Shown: positions 30,739-37,975 of the stretch, one piece after another | How the letters are laid out: the number at the start of each line of letters is the position of its first letter | Position numbering within the stretch: position 1 is the first letter of the stretch | Virus record (IMG/VR): IMGVR_UViG_3300030708_003228 | Span: 1-42,757 of that record | Direction: 5' to 3' (one strand) | From: a virus | Lineage: Duplodnaviria; Caudoviricetes | Length of the DNA stretch: 42,757 nt | Notes under the pieces: generated by a model | Database searches by the model: none | Seen by the model: the letters and a program-made list of their open reading frames with translations, nothing else | What the model was told of the DNA's origin: nothing | Program-made: the position numbers and the translations under genes

Positions 30739-31818
30739 ATGGTTGGCACATATTTTTATCATCAAATCCTGAGAAGAACCGTCATTGGTTTTGGTACTCT
30801 TTTTAACAACATCGAAATTCGTCAGAAGAACGATGCTGGAACAGAAGAGAACAGAATGAAGGTGCCATTGGCTTATGGACCAATGCAAAAGTTTTTGGCA
30901 AAACTTGAACAACAGGGTGAGTTGAGAGGTAGACCTGCTATTACTCTACCCAGATTATCATTTGAAATGACGGGGATTACTTATGATCCCACCAGGAAGG
31001 CAACTGTTACTCAAACATTTAAATCTGTAAAAGGTGATGCAGCGAGAAACGTAAAAAAGGTTTTCATGCCTGTTCCTTATAACGTTGCATTTCAGTTGAG
31101 TATTGCAACAAAAACAAATGATGATATGCTCCAAATTATTGAACAAATTTTGCCATATTTTCAACCATCTTTGAATGTTACTATTAATCTAGTTGATAGT
31201 ATTGGTGAAAAAAGAGATGTTCCCATTGTGATTGAAAACATCAATATGTCTGATGATTATGAGGGTAACTTTGATAATCGCCGTGCAATGATTACATCAA
31301 TTACCTTTACGGCCAAGACTTACCTATTTGGTGCTATCGCAGACACGCCAGACGGTCTTATCAAGAAGGTACAAGTCGATTACTTTACGGATACGGATAA
31401 ACTCCGTGCAAGAAGAGAGGTTAGATATCGCGCAACTCCCCGTGCAATTAAGGATTATGATAATGACGGTACGGGAAGACTCGTTAATGATCTAGATGCT
31501 GAGGAAACAATTGTAAACCTACAAAATGCAACAGGATTTGCAGTTGACGATTACATTAATATTGGTTCTGAAAATATGCAAATACGCTCCATCTCGGGCA
31601 ATGATATCACCGTCTATCGCGGTGTTGATGGAACAACCGCAACTGATCATGTTAATGGATCTGTTGTGAACATTATCAGTGGAACTAGAACACCTGATCT
31701 GCCTCTAACTGGTGATGATAATTTGATTCTTGACGGTGATGATTTTGGTTTCAACGAAATGACCTCGTTCTTTACCGATTTCAAAGAATATTCTCCTTCG
31801 CAGGGAACTGATGTTTAA
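30739..31818 (+). CDS. gp15: Tail sheath stabiliser/tail terminator gp15
   Basis: YFYHQILRRTVIGFGTLFNNI, KVPLAYGP..KFL, TLPRLSFE, PVPYN, QIIEQILPYFQP, DDYEG.F..RR. Confidence 0.95.
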   Translation: MVGTYFYHQILRRTVIGFGTLFNNIEIRQKNDAGTEENRMKVPLAYGPMQKFLAKLEQQGELRGRPAITLPRLSFEMTGITYDPTRKATVTQTFKSVKGDAARNVKKVFMPVPYNVAFQLSIATKTNDDMLQIIEQILPYFQPSLNVTINLVDSIGEKRDVPIVIENINMSDDYEGNFDNRRAMITSITFTAKTYLFGAIADTPDGLIKKVQVDYFTDTDKLRARREVRYRATPRAIKDYDNDGTGRLVNDLDAEETIVNLQNATGFAVDDYINIGSENMQIRSISGNDITVYRGVDGTTATDHVNGSVVNIISGTRTPDLPLTGDDNLILDGDDFGFNEMTSFFTDFKEYSPSQGTDV

Positions 31819-31833
31819 TAGTGAGGAAGCACA

Positions 31834-32250
31834 ATGTCGAACGATCCAATCGGGGATGCTCTTGAGATTTCATCGTCAGATGGATGTGATAAGGTTACCC
31901 CTGTTAGCCGCGATGTCGAAATCGTTAAAAAAGAAGAAAAACCAGACTTAAAACGAGACTATGAATATACCCGTGGTCAACTGTACTCTTTAATTGAAAA
32001 GGGTCAGGAGGCTATTGATGGAATCATGGAGATTTCTCAAGAAACTGGGTCGGCCAGGGCCTATGAAGTTACTGGTCAGATAATTAAGAGTGTGGCTGAT
32101 GCCACTGATAAATTATTAGACCTACAGAAAAAATTAAGAGACATTGAGGAACCTAAAGAAAAGGGTCCTAATAATGTAACCAACGCACTATTCGTAGGAT
32201 CAACTGCTGAGTTGCAAAAACTTCTTAAAAAAGGAAAAATAGATGGCTAA
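31834..32250 (+). CDS. gp16: Terminase small subunit gp16
   Basis: DYEYTRGQLYSLIEKGQEAIDGI...RAYEV.GQIIK...NALFVGSTAELQK; GAGG Shine-Dalgarno. Confidence 0.95.
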   Translation: MSNDPIGDALEISSSDGCDKVTPVSRDVEIVKKEEKPDLKRDYEYTRGQLYSLIEKGQEAIDGIMEISQETGSARAYEVTGQIIKSVADATDKLLDLQKKLRDIEEPKEKGPNNVTNALFVGSTAELQKLLKKGKIDG

Positions 32251-32563
32251 TTCTAAACCCGCAAAGGTAGAAGAAAAAGACCATGATGAAGACAAAAGTG
32301 AAGTTCTTGGTAATTTAGTAAAAGTCGTTGTCCTCATTTGGTCCGCTTCTCTTTTAACTTTTAGTTATGTTCGTTTGCCAAATGGTCAAAAGATTTTAGA
32401 TTTTGACCCTACTTTTATCGCTTCTGTATTTTCTGGATCTTTGGCTGCTTTCGGCCTATCACCTGCTAAATCAGGTGGTTCTGCACCAGTGAAGAAAAAG
32501 AAAGAAGAAGAACCCCCTGTTGTTTCTGCCATAGAGCCAAAGAAAGATGCAAAAACTGATTAA
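32243..32563 (+). CDS. Small two-TM membrane protein (holin-like topology)
   Basis: Hydrophobic LVKVVVLIWSASLLTFSYV and FIASVFSGSLAAFGL between highly charged termini. Confidence 0.75.
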   Translation: MANSKPAKVEEKDHDEDKSEVLGNLVKVVVLIWSASLLTFSYVRLPNGQKILDFDPTFIASVFSGSLAAFGLSPAKSGGSAPVKKKKEEEPPVVSAIEPKKDAKTD

Positions 32564-32819
32564 TGTTGTCGCTTTATTGTCAGGTCTAACCAGTGCTGCC
32601 CTTATTGGTGGTGGAGTTTTTATCTACCTCCAAAAAGATGCCCTGATTGATGGCGTCAAAGAACAAGTAACCAAACATGCCACGGAAGCAATCACAAGTG
32701 CTCTTCCTGGAATGTTGGATAATGCTATGCCAGAACTACCTAGTGTAACTGGTGGTGCTATTCCTAACACTCCTGCTACTGGTAACGTCACAGGTTCAGC
32801 TATCCCCACACTTCCATGA
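32547..32819 (+). CDS. N-terminally anchored membrane protein with Pro-rich tail
   Basis: LINVVALLSGLTSAALIGGGVFIYL anchor, then a helical segment and a P/G/T-rich end. Confidence 0.75.
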   Translation: MQKLINVVALLSGLTSAALIGGGVFIYLQKDALIDGVKEQVTKHATEAITSALPGMLDNAMPELPSVTGGAIPNTPATGNVTGSAIPTLP

Positions 32820-33445
32820 GTATTTTTAGCCACGAGAAAGACGATTACATTGCTCCAACACCACAACCAAAGAAACCATCTGGATGGAAAATAATGATCA
32901 GCACTGCTGGTGCTTTGTTCGCCATCTCACATCTAGGTCTTCTAGGTTATTTGATCGACAGGAAGGCGGAACCACCGTCAGTTCCTACAATTAATCTTCC
33001 TCGTGGTCCTTACTCATCGTATACAATCGAAGCAGATAAAGAAGGTTATCGCATCGAATATCGTGCTGATGATCCTAAAGTTTTAGAATCAGAAAGATCT
33101 TTAAATCTTGATCAAGATAAGAAAGGATTTCTTAGTGGTAGTACAGAACAACGTCGTGAATACCGTCGCGATCAGTACACCAGAGAGGGCACACGCAATC
33201 TAGGAGGCGCTTCAGTAGATTCTGAGGGAAAGTCTGTAAAAGACATAGAGTGCATCGTGGCGGACGCTGGAGCACGGTCACAAGGTGCAATGGCGGGGAC
33301 CGCGATTAGTGGTGGCCTACTTGTCCCAGCATTGTCTGGCATCCCATATGTGGGTTGGTTGGCAGGTGGTTGGGCACTCCTTCTAGGACAGAAGGCAGGA
33401 TCTGAAATTGGATCTCAAGTTGGTGAAGTATTTAATGATTGCTAA
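32816..33445 (+). CDS. Membrane protein with C-terminal glycine-zipper hairpin
   Basis: N-proximal TM; C-terminal GAMAGTAISGG...IPYVGWLAGGWALLLGQKAGSEIG; ATGA coupling. Confidence 0.8.
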   Translation: MSIFSHEKDDYIAPTPQPKKPSGWKIMISTAGALFAISHLGLLGYLIDRKAEPPSVPTINLPRGPYSSYTIEADKEGYRIEYRADDPKVLESERSLNLDQDKKGFLSGSTEQRREYRRDQYTREGTRNLGGASVDSEGKSVKDIECIVADAGARSQGAMAGTAISGGLLVPALSGIPYVGWLAGGWALLLGQKAGSEIGSQVGEVFNDC

Positions 33446-34203
33446 TGGAAATTAAAGACATACGAATCCGAGAGTTGAATATCCCAGAGATACAACCTTG
33501 GGTGATAACTACCCCAGATTCTGTGCCAACAACACCACCAGTTACTGTCAATATTGGTGTGCCAATTATAGATATTCCAGGTTGTGTAGAAGCACACGAA
33601 CAGGACAGGGGAAAAAATGATAATCTAGTTGGTGATGATCCTAAAGGCGCCAAAGTATTTTGTGATGGCCAACTGCCATCTTTTAATCCCATTGATTATA
33701 ATAAAGATAAGTTAGAATTTACTAGAGAAACTCCAGTTCCTCCAGTAAGACCTCCAGAGAAACCAAAAACAGAAACTCCAGAGACAAATACTCAATCAAC
33801 ACCAACTAGACCAGAGTGCCCAACTAGAGCACAACAGTTAAAGGATCCTGTTGGAAAGATTGTAGAAGGTAATAGGAAAATCGTTAAATATGAAACAGTC
33901 GGGAAAGAATGTCTCCCAGTATTTGAGAAACTTTCTATTCCCGACCAGATTGTTCAGAATATACCATCAGCAGGTATGGTAACTACTACCGCCTCAATTG
34001 CTGTGGTAGCGACGACCTCTGCACTGCTTGCAAAGCCTCTTGCTGATCTTTTGTTAAAGGTTGTGAAACCGACCGTGAAGAAGGTGATAAAGAAGATTGC
34101 GGCGATACGGGGTAAGAAGACCCTGGTGGAGTCTGTAAAGGAGCGCCGAGATCAGCAGCGGATTCGCTCACACGCGATTCGGAAACTGAAGGGGAAGGAA
34201 TAG
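33439..34203 (+). CDS. Pro-rich, four-Cys protein with C-terminal hydrophobic segment and basic tail
   Basis: 254-aa ORF; TASIAVVATTSALLAKPLA followed by a K/R-rich C-terminus. Confidence 0.8.
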   Translation: MLMEIKDIRIRELNIPEIQPWVITTPDSVPTTPPVTVNIGVPIIDIPGCVEAHEQDRGKNDNLVGDDPKGAKVFCDGQLPSFNPIDYNKDKLEFTRETPVPPVRPPEKPKTETPETNTQSTPTRPECPTRAQQLKDPVGKIVEGNRKIVKYETVGKECLPVFEKLSIPDQIVQNIPSAGMVTTTASIAVVATTSALLAKPLADLLLKVVKPTVKKVIKKIAAIRGKKTLVESVKERRDQQRIRSHAIRKLKGKE

Positions 34204-34978
34204 AGTGAACATGTGGTGCAATTGCATTTGTATTCATCACTACCACATCAGCACATACTGAGTAATATGGACTTTTAGGATGAAACATAATTCCTTGTTT
34301 CATTAGTTCGCCGCAGTTTTTGAGTCTTGCAATCTCAAAATCTAATCGTTTATTTGCATTAGTTTGTTGCATTAAAGAAATGTTTGCTTGTGCCGCTTCT
34401 TTGCAAAGTTCTTGAAGTTTTTTGTCTTGAGGTCGTGACCAGGTTGCACTTACACCAAGAGAAAGATTGTAATTATCTTTTTGGCCTGTTCTTGTGGGTT
34501 GCATCCATAAAATAGATCCAGGATTATCGGGCGCTCCATCTTCATCCAAATCTCTCATGTCATAGACAGGAGAATCAAAATAATCCTCATATGGTTTTTG
34601 AGCACTAATAGCGCCAGTTACATATGGAGTTATATTGAGGGTGGGTCCTTGACATTGTATACCACCACCGTATGTGTTGGTAATATAAGGTCCCTGAAGG
34701 ACTTGTATAGCTTGGTTTGTAACGCTGCCAGAGGAATTAGCGACAGGAGCAGCAGTAGCAGAAACACCACCAACAGTTTCAGCATAAGATGGGGTTGCAA
34801 AAAATAATGAAATTATTGCTGGAAGATACTTGTAGTATCGGTTACGCTTGTAACTTCTGTTACTCTTTGAATAATCGTGTGTTGACTTAGCCCAGGCCCC
34901 TGATATGTTTCTGTGAATTGAAAGGCTGCGCCTGGGGTTGTTTGTGTGAACGTCGGTTTGCTTGTTACTCCCGTCCAT
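33986..34978 (-). CDS. Putative exported four-Cys protein (start uncertain)
   Basis: Signal-like KYLPAIISLFFATPSYA|ETVGG at aa 50-71, amphipathic beta strands and a coiled-coil-like region; third gene of the - strand operon. Confidence 0.75.
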   Translation of the reverse strand: MDGSNKQTDVHTNNPRRSLSIHRNISGAWAKSTHDYSKSNRSYKRNRYYKYLPAIISLFFATPSYAETVGGVSATAAPVANSSGSVTNQAIQVLQGPYITNTYGGGIQCQGPTLNITPYVTGAISAQKPYEDYFDSPVYDMRDLDEDGAPDNPGSILWMQPTRTGQKDNYNLSLGVSATWSRPQDKKLQELCKEAAQANISLMQQTNANKRLDFEIARLKNCGELMKQGIMFHPKSPYYSVCADVVVMNTNAIAPHVHSIPSPSVSESRVSESAADLGAPLQTPPGSSYPVSPQSSLSPSSRSVSQPLTKDQQEALQAVQRSSLPQQLRR

Positions 34979-35256
34979 GATGAGGTCACTCCGTCAATAG
35001 TTACATTTGTGGATCCTGTCCCTGGAGACAGATTTCCATTAGCTGTAACACCAGAACCAGTCGCAGAATACTGATATCCAGTGTTGTAGTCCATCGAATT
35101 GATGGTCTCTGTTATCTTAGATGTCGTCTCCGTATGGCTGGTCATTGAGCCCTGTGTGAAATTTGGGACTACTGGCACTGCATGTGCGGATTGTAGTAGT
35201 CCGTGAATTGCACCAAGAACCAACCCGAGACCGATTGCTTCTTGTAATCTAGTCAT
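34813..35256 (-). CDS. Secreted Thr/Ser/Gly-rich beta protein
   Basis: Signal peptide ending AHA|VP; TAATG coupling to the upstream - strand gene. Confidence 0.85.
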   Translation of the reverse strand: MTRLQEAIGLGLVLGAIHGLLQSAHAVPVVPNFTQGSMTSHTETTSKITETINSMDYNTGYQYSATGSGVTANGNLSPGTGSTNVTIDGVTSSWTGVTSKPTFTQTTPGAAFQFTETYQGPGLSQHTIIQRVTEVTSVTDTTSIFQQ

Positions 35257-35750
35257 TAGTCTATGACAGTAATTTCGGAAACGAATTGTCCCGTAGCACT
35301 AGATCCAGCTCCACCTGCCGTTACGGTCAGTACACCAGCACTTGTCACAGTACCTGCTAGATTACCAGCAGTTCCCGCTGTGTAAGAAGTAACTGAAGAG
35401 AAGTTAGGAACTTCTCCTACAGTTGGTGCAGCTGTTGGAACTGCATCACCTTGTGTATAAGATTGACTGAAACTAAATGCTGCACCTGCAGTGTCTTGGG
35501 TAGCAGCAATGGTTCCTGGAGCATATACACCAGAAGTGATAGTACCAGCAGAAACAGTACCTGCAGTTGATCCGTCCGTAGTATCAATATTTGAACCTGA
35601 GATACTGAACGAGGAACCGAGCCTTGTTGCAGTCGATCTAGCAGCATCAACAGTTAACTGAACACTGGATGAATGCTTACTGACAAGACCACCAGCACTT
35701 GCTGGCCCTGCGGCCATCAATAACATAATCAAAGGGAGAAACTTACGCAT
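35256..35750 (-). CDS. Secreted Ala/Thr/Ser/Gly-rich beta protein (164 aa; start reassigned to 35750)
   Basis: MRKFLPLIMLLMAAGPASA| signal peptide; AGGAG 7 nt before the ATG at 35750; late promoter motif upstream. Confidence 0.85.
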   Translation of the reverse strand: MRKFLPLIMLLMAAGPASAGGLVSKHSSSVQLTVDAARSTATRLGSSFSISGSNIDTTDGSTAGTVSAGTITSGVYAPGTIAATQDTAGAAFSFSQSYTQGDAVPTAAPTVGEVPNFSSVTSYTAGTAGNLAGTVTSAGVLTVTAGGAGSSATGQFVSEITVID

Positions 35751-35772
35751 GTTATTACTCCTATGACCTAGA

Positions 35773-35780
35773 TATTTAGG
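35773..35780 (-). promoter_or_regulatory. Late promoter for the - strand operon
   Basis: CCTAAATA(TCT) on the - strand, 22 nt before the 35750 ATG. Confidence 0.7.
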
Positions 35781-35790
35781 AGATAGAACA

Positions 35791-35798
35791 TCTAAATA
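35791..35798 (+). promoter_or_regulatory. Late promoter for the 530-aa ORF
   Basis: TCTAAATA, 24 nt before the GTG at 35823. Confidence 0.7.
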
Positions 35799-35822
35799 GT
35801 AAAAAGTGTCTGTGTAGATACC

Positions 35823-37415
35823 GTGAGATCCTTTTCCGAAAAAGTCGAACGTATTATGGAGATAGGTCAAACTATCTCTGTAAATCTTTTATGGAGAGGT
35901 CAACTTTATAGACTTCAAATGTTCTTCTCTGGTTCTAGGCTTCCAACTAGACAGGAAGTAACCAAACAAGTACAGGGTATCTATCCTGGTGCAGTTGTGC
36001 AGATGGTGTACCCATCATCTATCGATCCAACTAAACCAACTATTCGTATTTCTAGAGAAGAAACCGAAATCATGAGTGAAGAGGGCCTTCGTGATTGGTT
36101 TGGTAAGTCCAAATCAAAAGATGGTAAGAAGGGTTGGGTCAATGTCGTAACAGGTGATTCTTGTGCAAGTGACAAACCTGGTGAAGGTATTCCAAAGTGT
36201 GTCTCTTCTGCAAAGAGAGCAAGCATGTCTAAGAAAGAAAGACTTGCTGCAGCTGCTGCAAAGAGACGTGAAGATCCTAATCAACAGAAAAAGTCTGGTG
36301 CTGCAGCACCAACCATGGTCAAAACTGACCGAAAGAAAAAAACAAAAAAAGAAGAACTAGAACTTCTTGATGCATATGGTGAACCATTTGCAGTAATCGA
36401 CGACCTTATTACACCAGAACCAATGAAGAAAGAAGAACCAAAAATCGATCTTACAACATATGATATTGAGGCCATGACTGAGGCCAAAGATAAAAAGGGG
36501 AAGGGAAGTGGAACAAAAGATGCTTGTTATCACAAGGTCAAGTCTCGTTATTCTGTATGGCCTTCTGCATATGCCTCAGGTGCTCTGGTTAAATGTCGTA
36601 AGGTTGGTGCTTCCAACTGGGGCAATTCCAAGAAAGAAGACTATACATATGAACTGAATGATGATTATTACAACACTCTCTTTGAGAAGTGTTGGAAGGG
36701 TTATGAGAAAAAAGGTATGAAGACTATGTTTGGAAAGAGATATCCAAACTGTGTCAAGAAAGAAGAGGTAGAACAACTTCAAGAAAAACCAGGTGATGGA
36801 TATCTTGGACCAACTCCAATTCCAAATCCAATTCGTATGGCAAGAGATGCTTCTGATGTTCAAGTTAGAAGACTAAGAAACCAAACCAATAGAATCAATA
36901 GAATTACTGGTAGAACTACAGTTCAACAAACAGGTCAAAAGACTTATAATAGAAGTACAAGTCCAGCATATAACAGGTATTTTGGAAAGCCTGGACAAGG
37001 ATTGGCATCTGATTCATATCAACCAGAAGGTGAGATGACAGAAGCAACTTATCCTTCCGATTTCATTGATAAGAGAACTGGTAAACCAAAGTCTGTTGCC
37101 AATCCAAAGAAAGATAGACCTATGTCTCATGATCAAATAATGAGTGGTGGTCGTAGAAAAACTGTGGATGAAGCGGCTTGGACAAAAAAGGCCGGTAAAG
37201 ATCCCGAAGGTGGCCTGAATGAGAAGGGTCGTAAGTCTTACGAACGTGAGAACCCTGGTTCTGATCTGAAGAGACCTTCTAAGAAAGTTGGTAACAAGAG
37301 ACGTGCGTCATTCTGTGCAAGAATGAAGGGAATGAAGAAGAAACTGACTTCTGCCAAAACTGCTAACGATCCAGATAGCAGAATCAATAAGTCCCTCCGC
37401 GCTTGGAATTGCTGA
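35823..37415 (+). CDS. Multi-domain basic protein; putative internal head polyprotein
   Basis: 530 aa, K/R-rich modules separated by mostly acidic linkers ending [LMV]-x-E; N-terminus MRSFSE; late promoter motif upstream. Confidence 0.8.
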   Translation: MRSFSEKVERIMEIGQTISVNLLWRGQLYRLQMFFSGSRLPTRQEVTKQVQGIYPGAVVQMVYPSSIDPTKPTIRISREETEIMSEEGLRDWFGKSKSKDGKKGWVNVVTGDSCASDKPGEGIPKCVSSAKRASMSKKERLAAAAAKRREDPNQQKKSGAAAPTMVKTDRKKKTKKEELELLDAYGEPFAVIDDLITPEPMKKEEPKIDLTTYDIEAMTEAKDKKGKGSGTKDACYHKVKSRYSVWPSAYASGALVKCRKVGASNWGNSKKEDYTYELNDDYYNTLFEKCWKGYEKKGMKTMFGKRYPNCVKKEEVEQLQEKPGDGYLGPTPIPNPIRMARDASDVQVRRLRNQTNRINRITGRTTVQQTGQKTYNRSTSPAYNRYFGKPGQGLASDSYQPEGEMTEATYPSDFIDKRTGKPKSVANPKKDRPMSHDQIMSGGRRKTVDEAAWTKKAGKDPEGGLNEKGRKSYERENPGSDLKRPSKKVGNKRRASFCARMKGMKKKLTSAKTANDPDSRINKSLRAWNC

Positions 37416-37491
37416 TAGTATTAAGTTATACTGCACAATTGTTAAGAAAAAAGGTATCTTATAGATACAGCTTAAGCCCCAAGAAACCTAT

Positions 37492-37761
37492 ATGTATCCG
37501 CAGATGATTGGTCTTTATTTGACCATAGTCATTGTCTTATGGATGATTTGGTATGCAGGTATTGAAGGTACAATGCGTTTATTTGCATACATCGAGTTGA
37601 CACTCAAGTATCAGGTGATTAGACTAAGAATGTACTTCATGATGCTCAAGCTGGAGCGACAACTTGGGATCAAACACAACAAAAATGGAAAACGACAGAA
37701 CAATGTCCGACCTTTCTCTAAGCAGAAAGGAATGTCCGAAGTGCGGAGCCACATGGATTAA
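37492..37761 (+). CDS. Hypothetical membrane protein
   Basis: N-terminal TM IGLYLTIVIVLWMIWYAG; basic C-terminus. Confidence 0.65.
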   Translation: MYPQMIGLYLTIVIVLWMIWYAGIEGTMRLFAYIELTLKYQVIRLRMYFMMLKLERQLGIKHNKNGKRQNNVRPFSKQKGMSEVRSHMD

Positions 37762-37975
37762 TGGCCAACACATTTGGGGTGGGACTGGAAACACTGGTAA
37801 CGAACTAGACCTTGCAGGTTTAGTTTGTAATAATCTTGGAGATGAGACGTGTATTAATCCATCCAAAGGTATGGATGGTGGAGACACATGGGCCTCAAGA
37901 GAGGGTTACATTAGAGGTGCATTAGAGACTCGTAAAAAGATGCTTGAGGAACTTCGCGGAATGGGGGATGTTTAG
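37685..37975 (+). CDS. Four-Cys hypothetical protein, possibly metal-binding (start 37685 or 37703)
   Basis: CPKCGATWING.H.W...DLAGLVCN...CINP. Confidence 0.75.
   Translation: MENDRTMSDLSLSRKECPKCGATWINGQHIWGGTGNTGNELDLAGLVCNNLGDETCINPSKGMDGGDTWASREGYIRGALETRKKMLEELRGMGDV

Noticed and set aside
4567-31164. Many 60-190 aa antisense and alternative-frame ORFs inside the structural genes (e.g. 15068..15631, 16263..16739)
   Set aside because: Fully nested in well-supported genes, S/T/I/N-biased with no motifs; expected shadows of the sense-strand codon bias.
33986-35750. Classical o-spanin lipoprotein or true curli (csgA/B/G) assignment
   Set aside because: No lipobox Cys after any signal peptide and no curlin N/Q repeats; only an analogy is supportable.
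35751-35870. 40-aa N-terminal extension of ORF 35256..35870
   Set aside because: Spans both promoter motifs; SD, promoter and signal peptide all point to the ATG at 35750.
37454-37468. NtcA box or Pho box upstream of the AMG run
   Set aside because: GTA-N9-TAC has the wrong spacing (NtcA is N8), and nearby TTAAG copies lack the regular 11-bp period.
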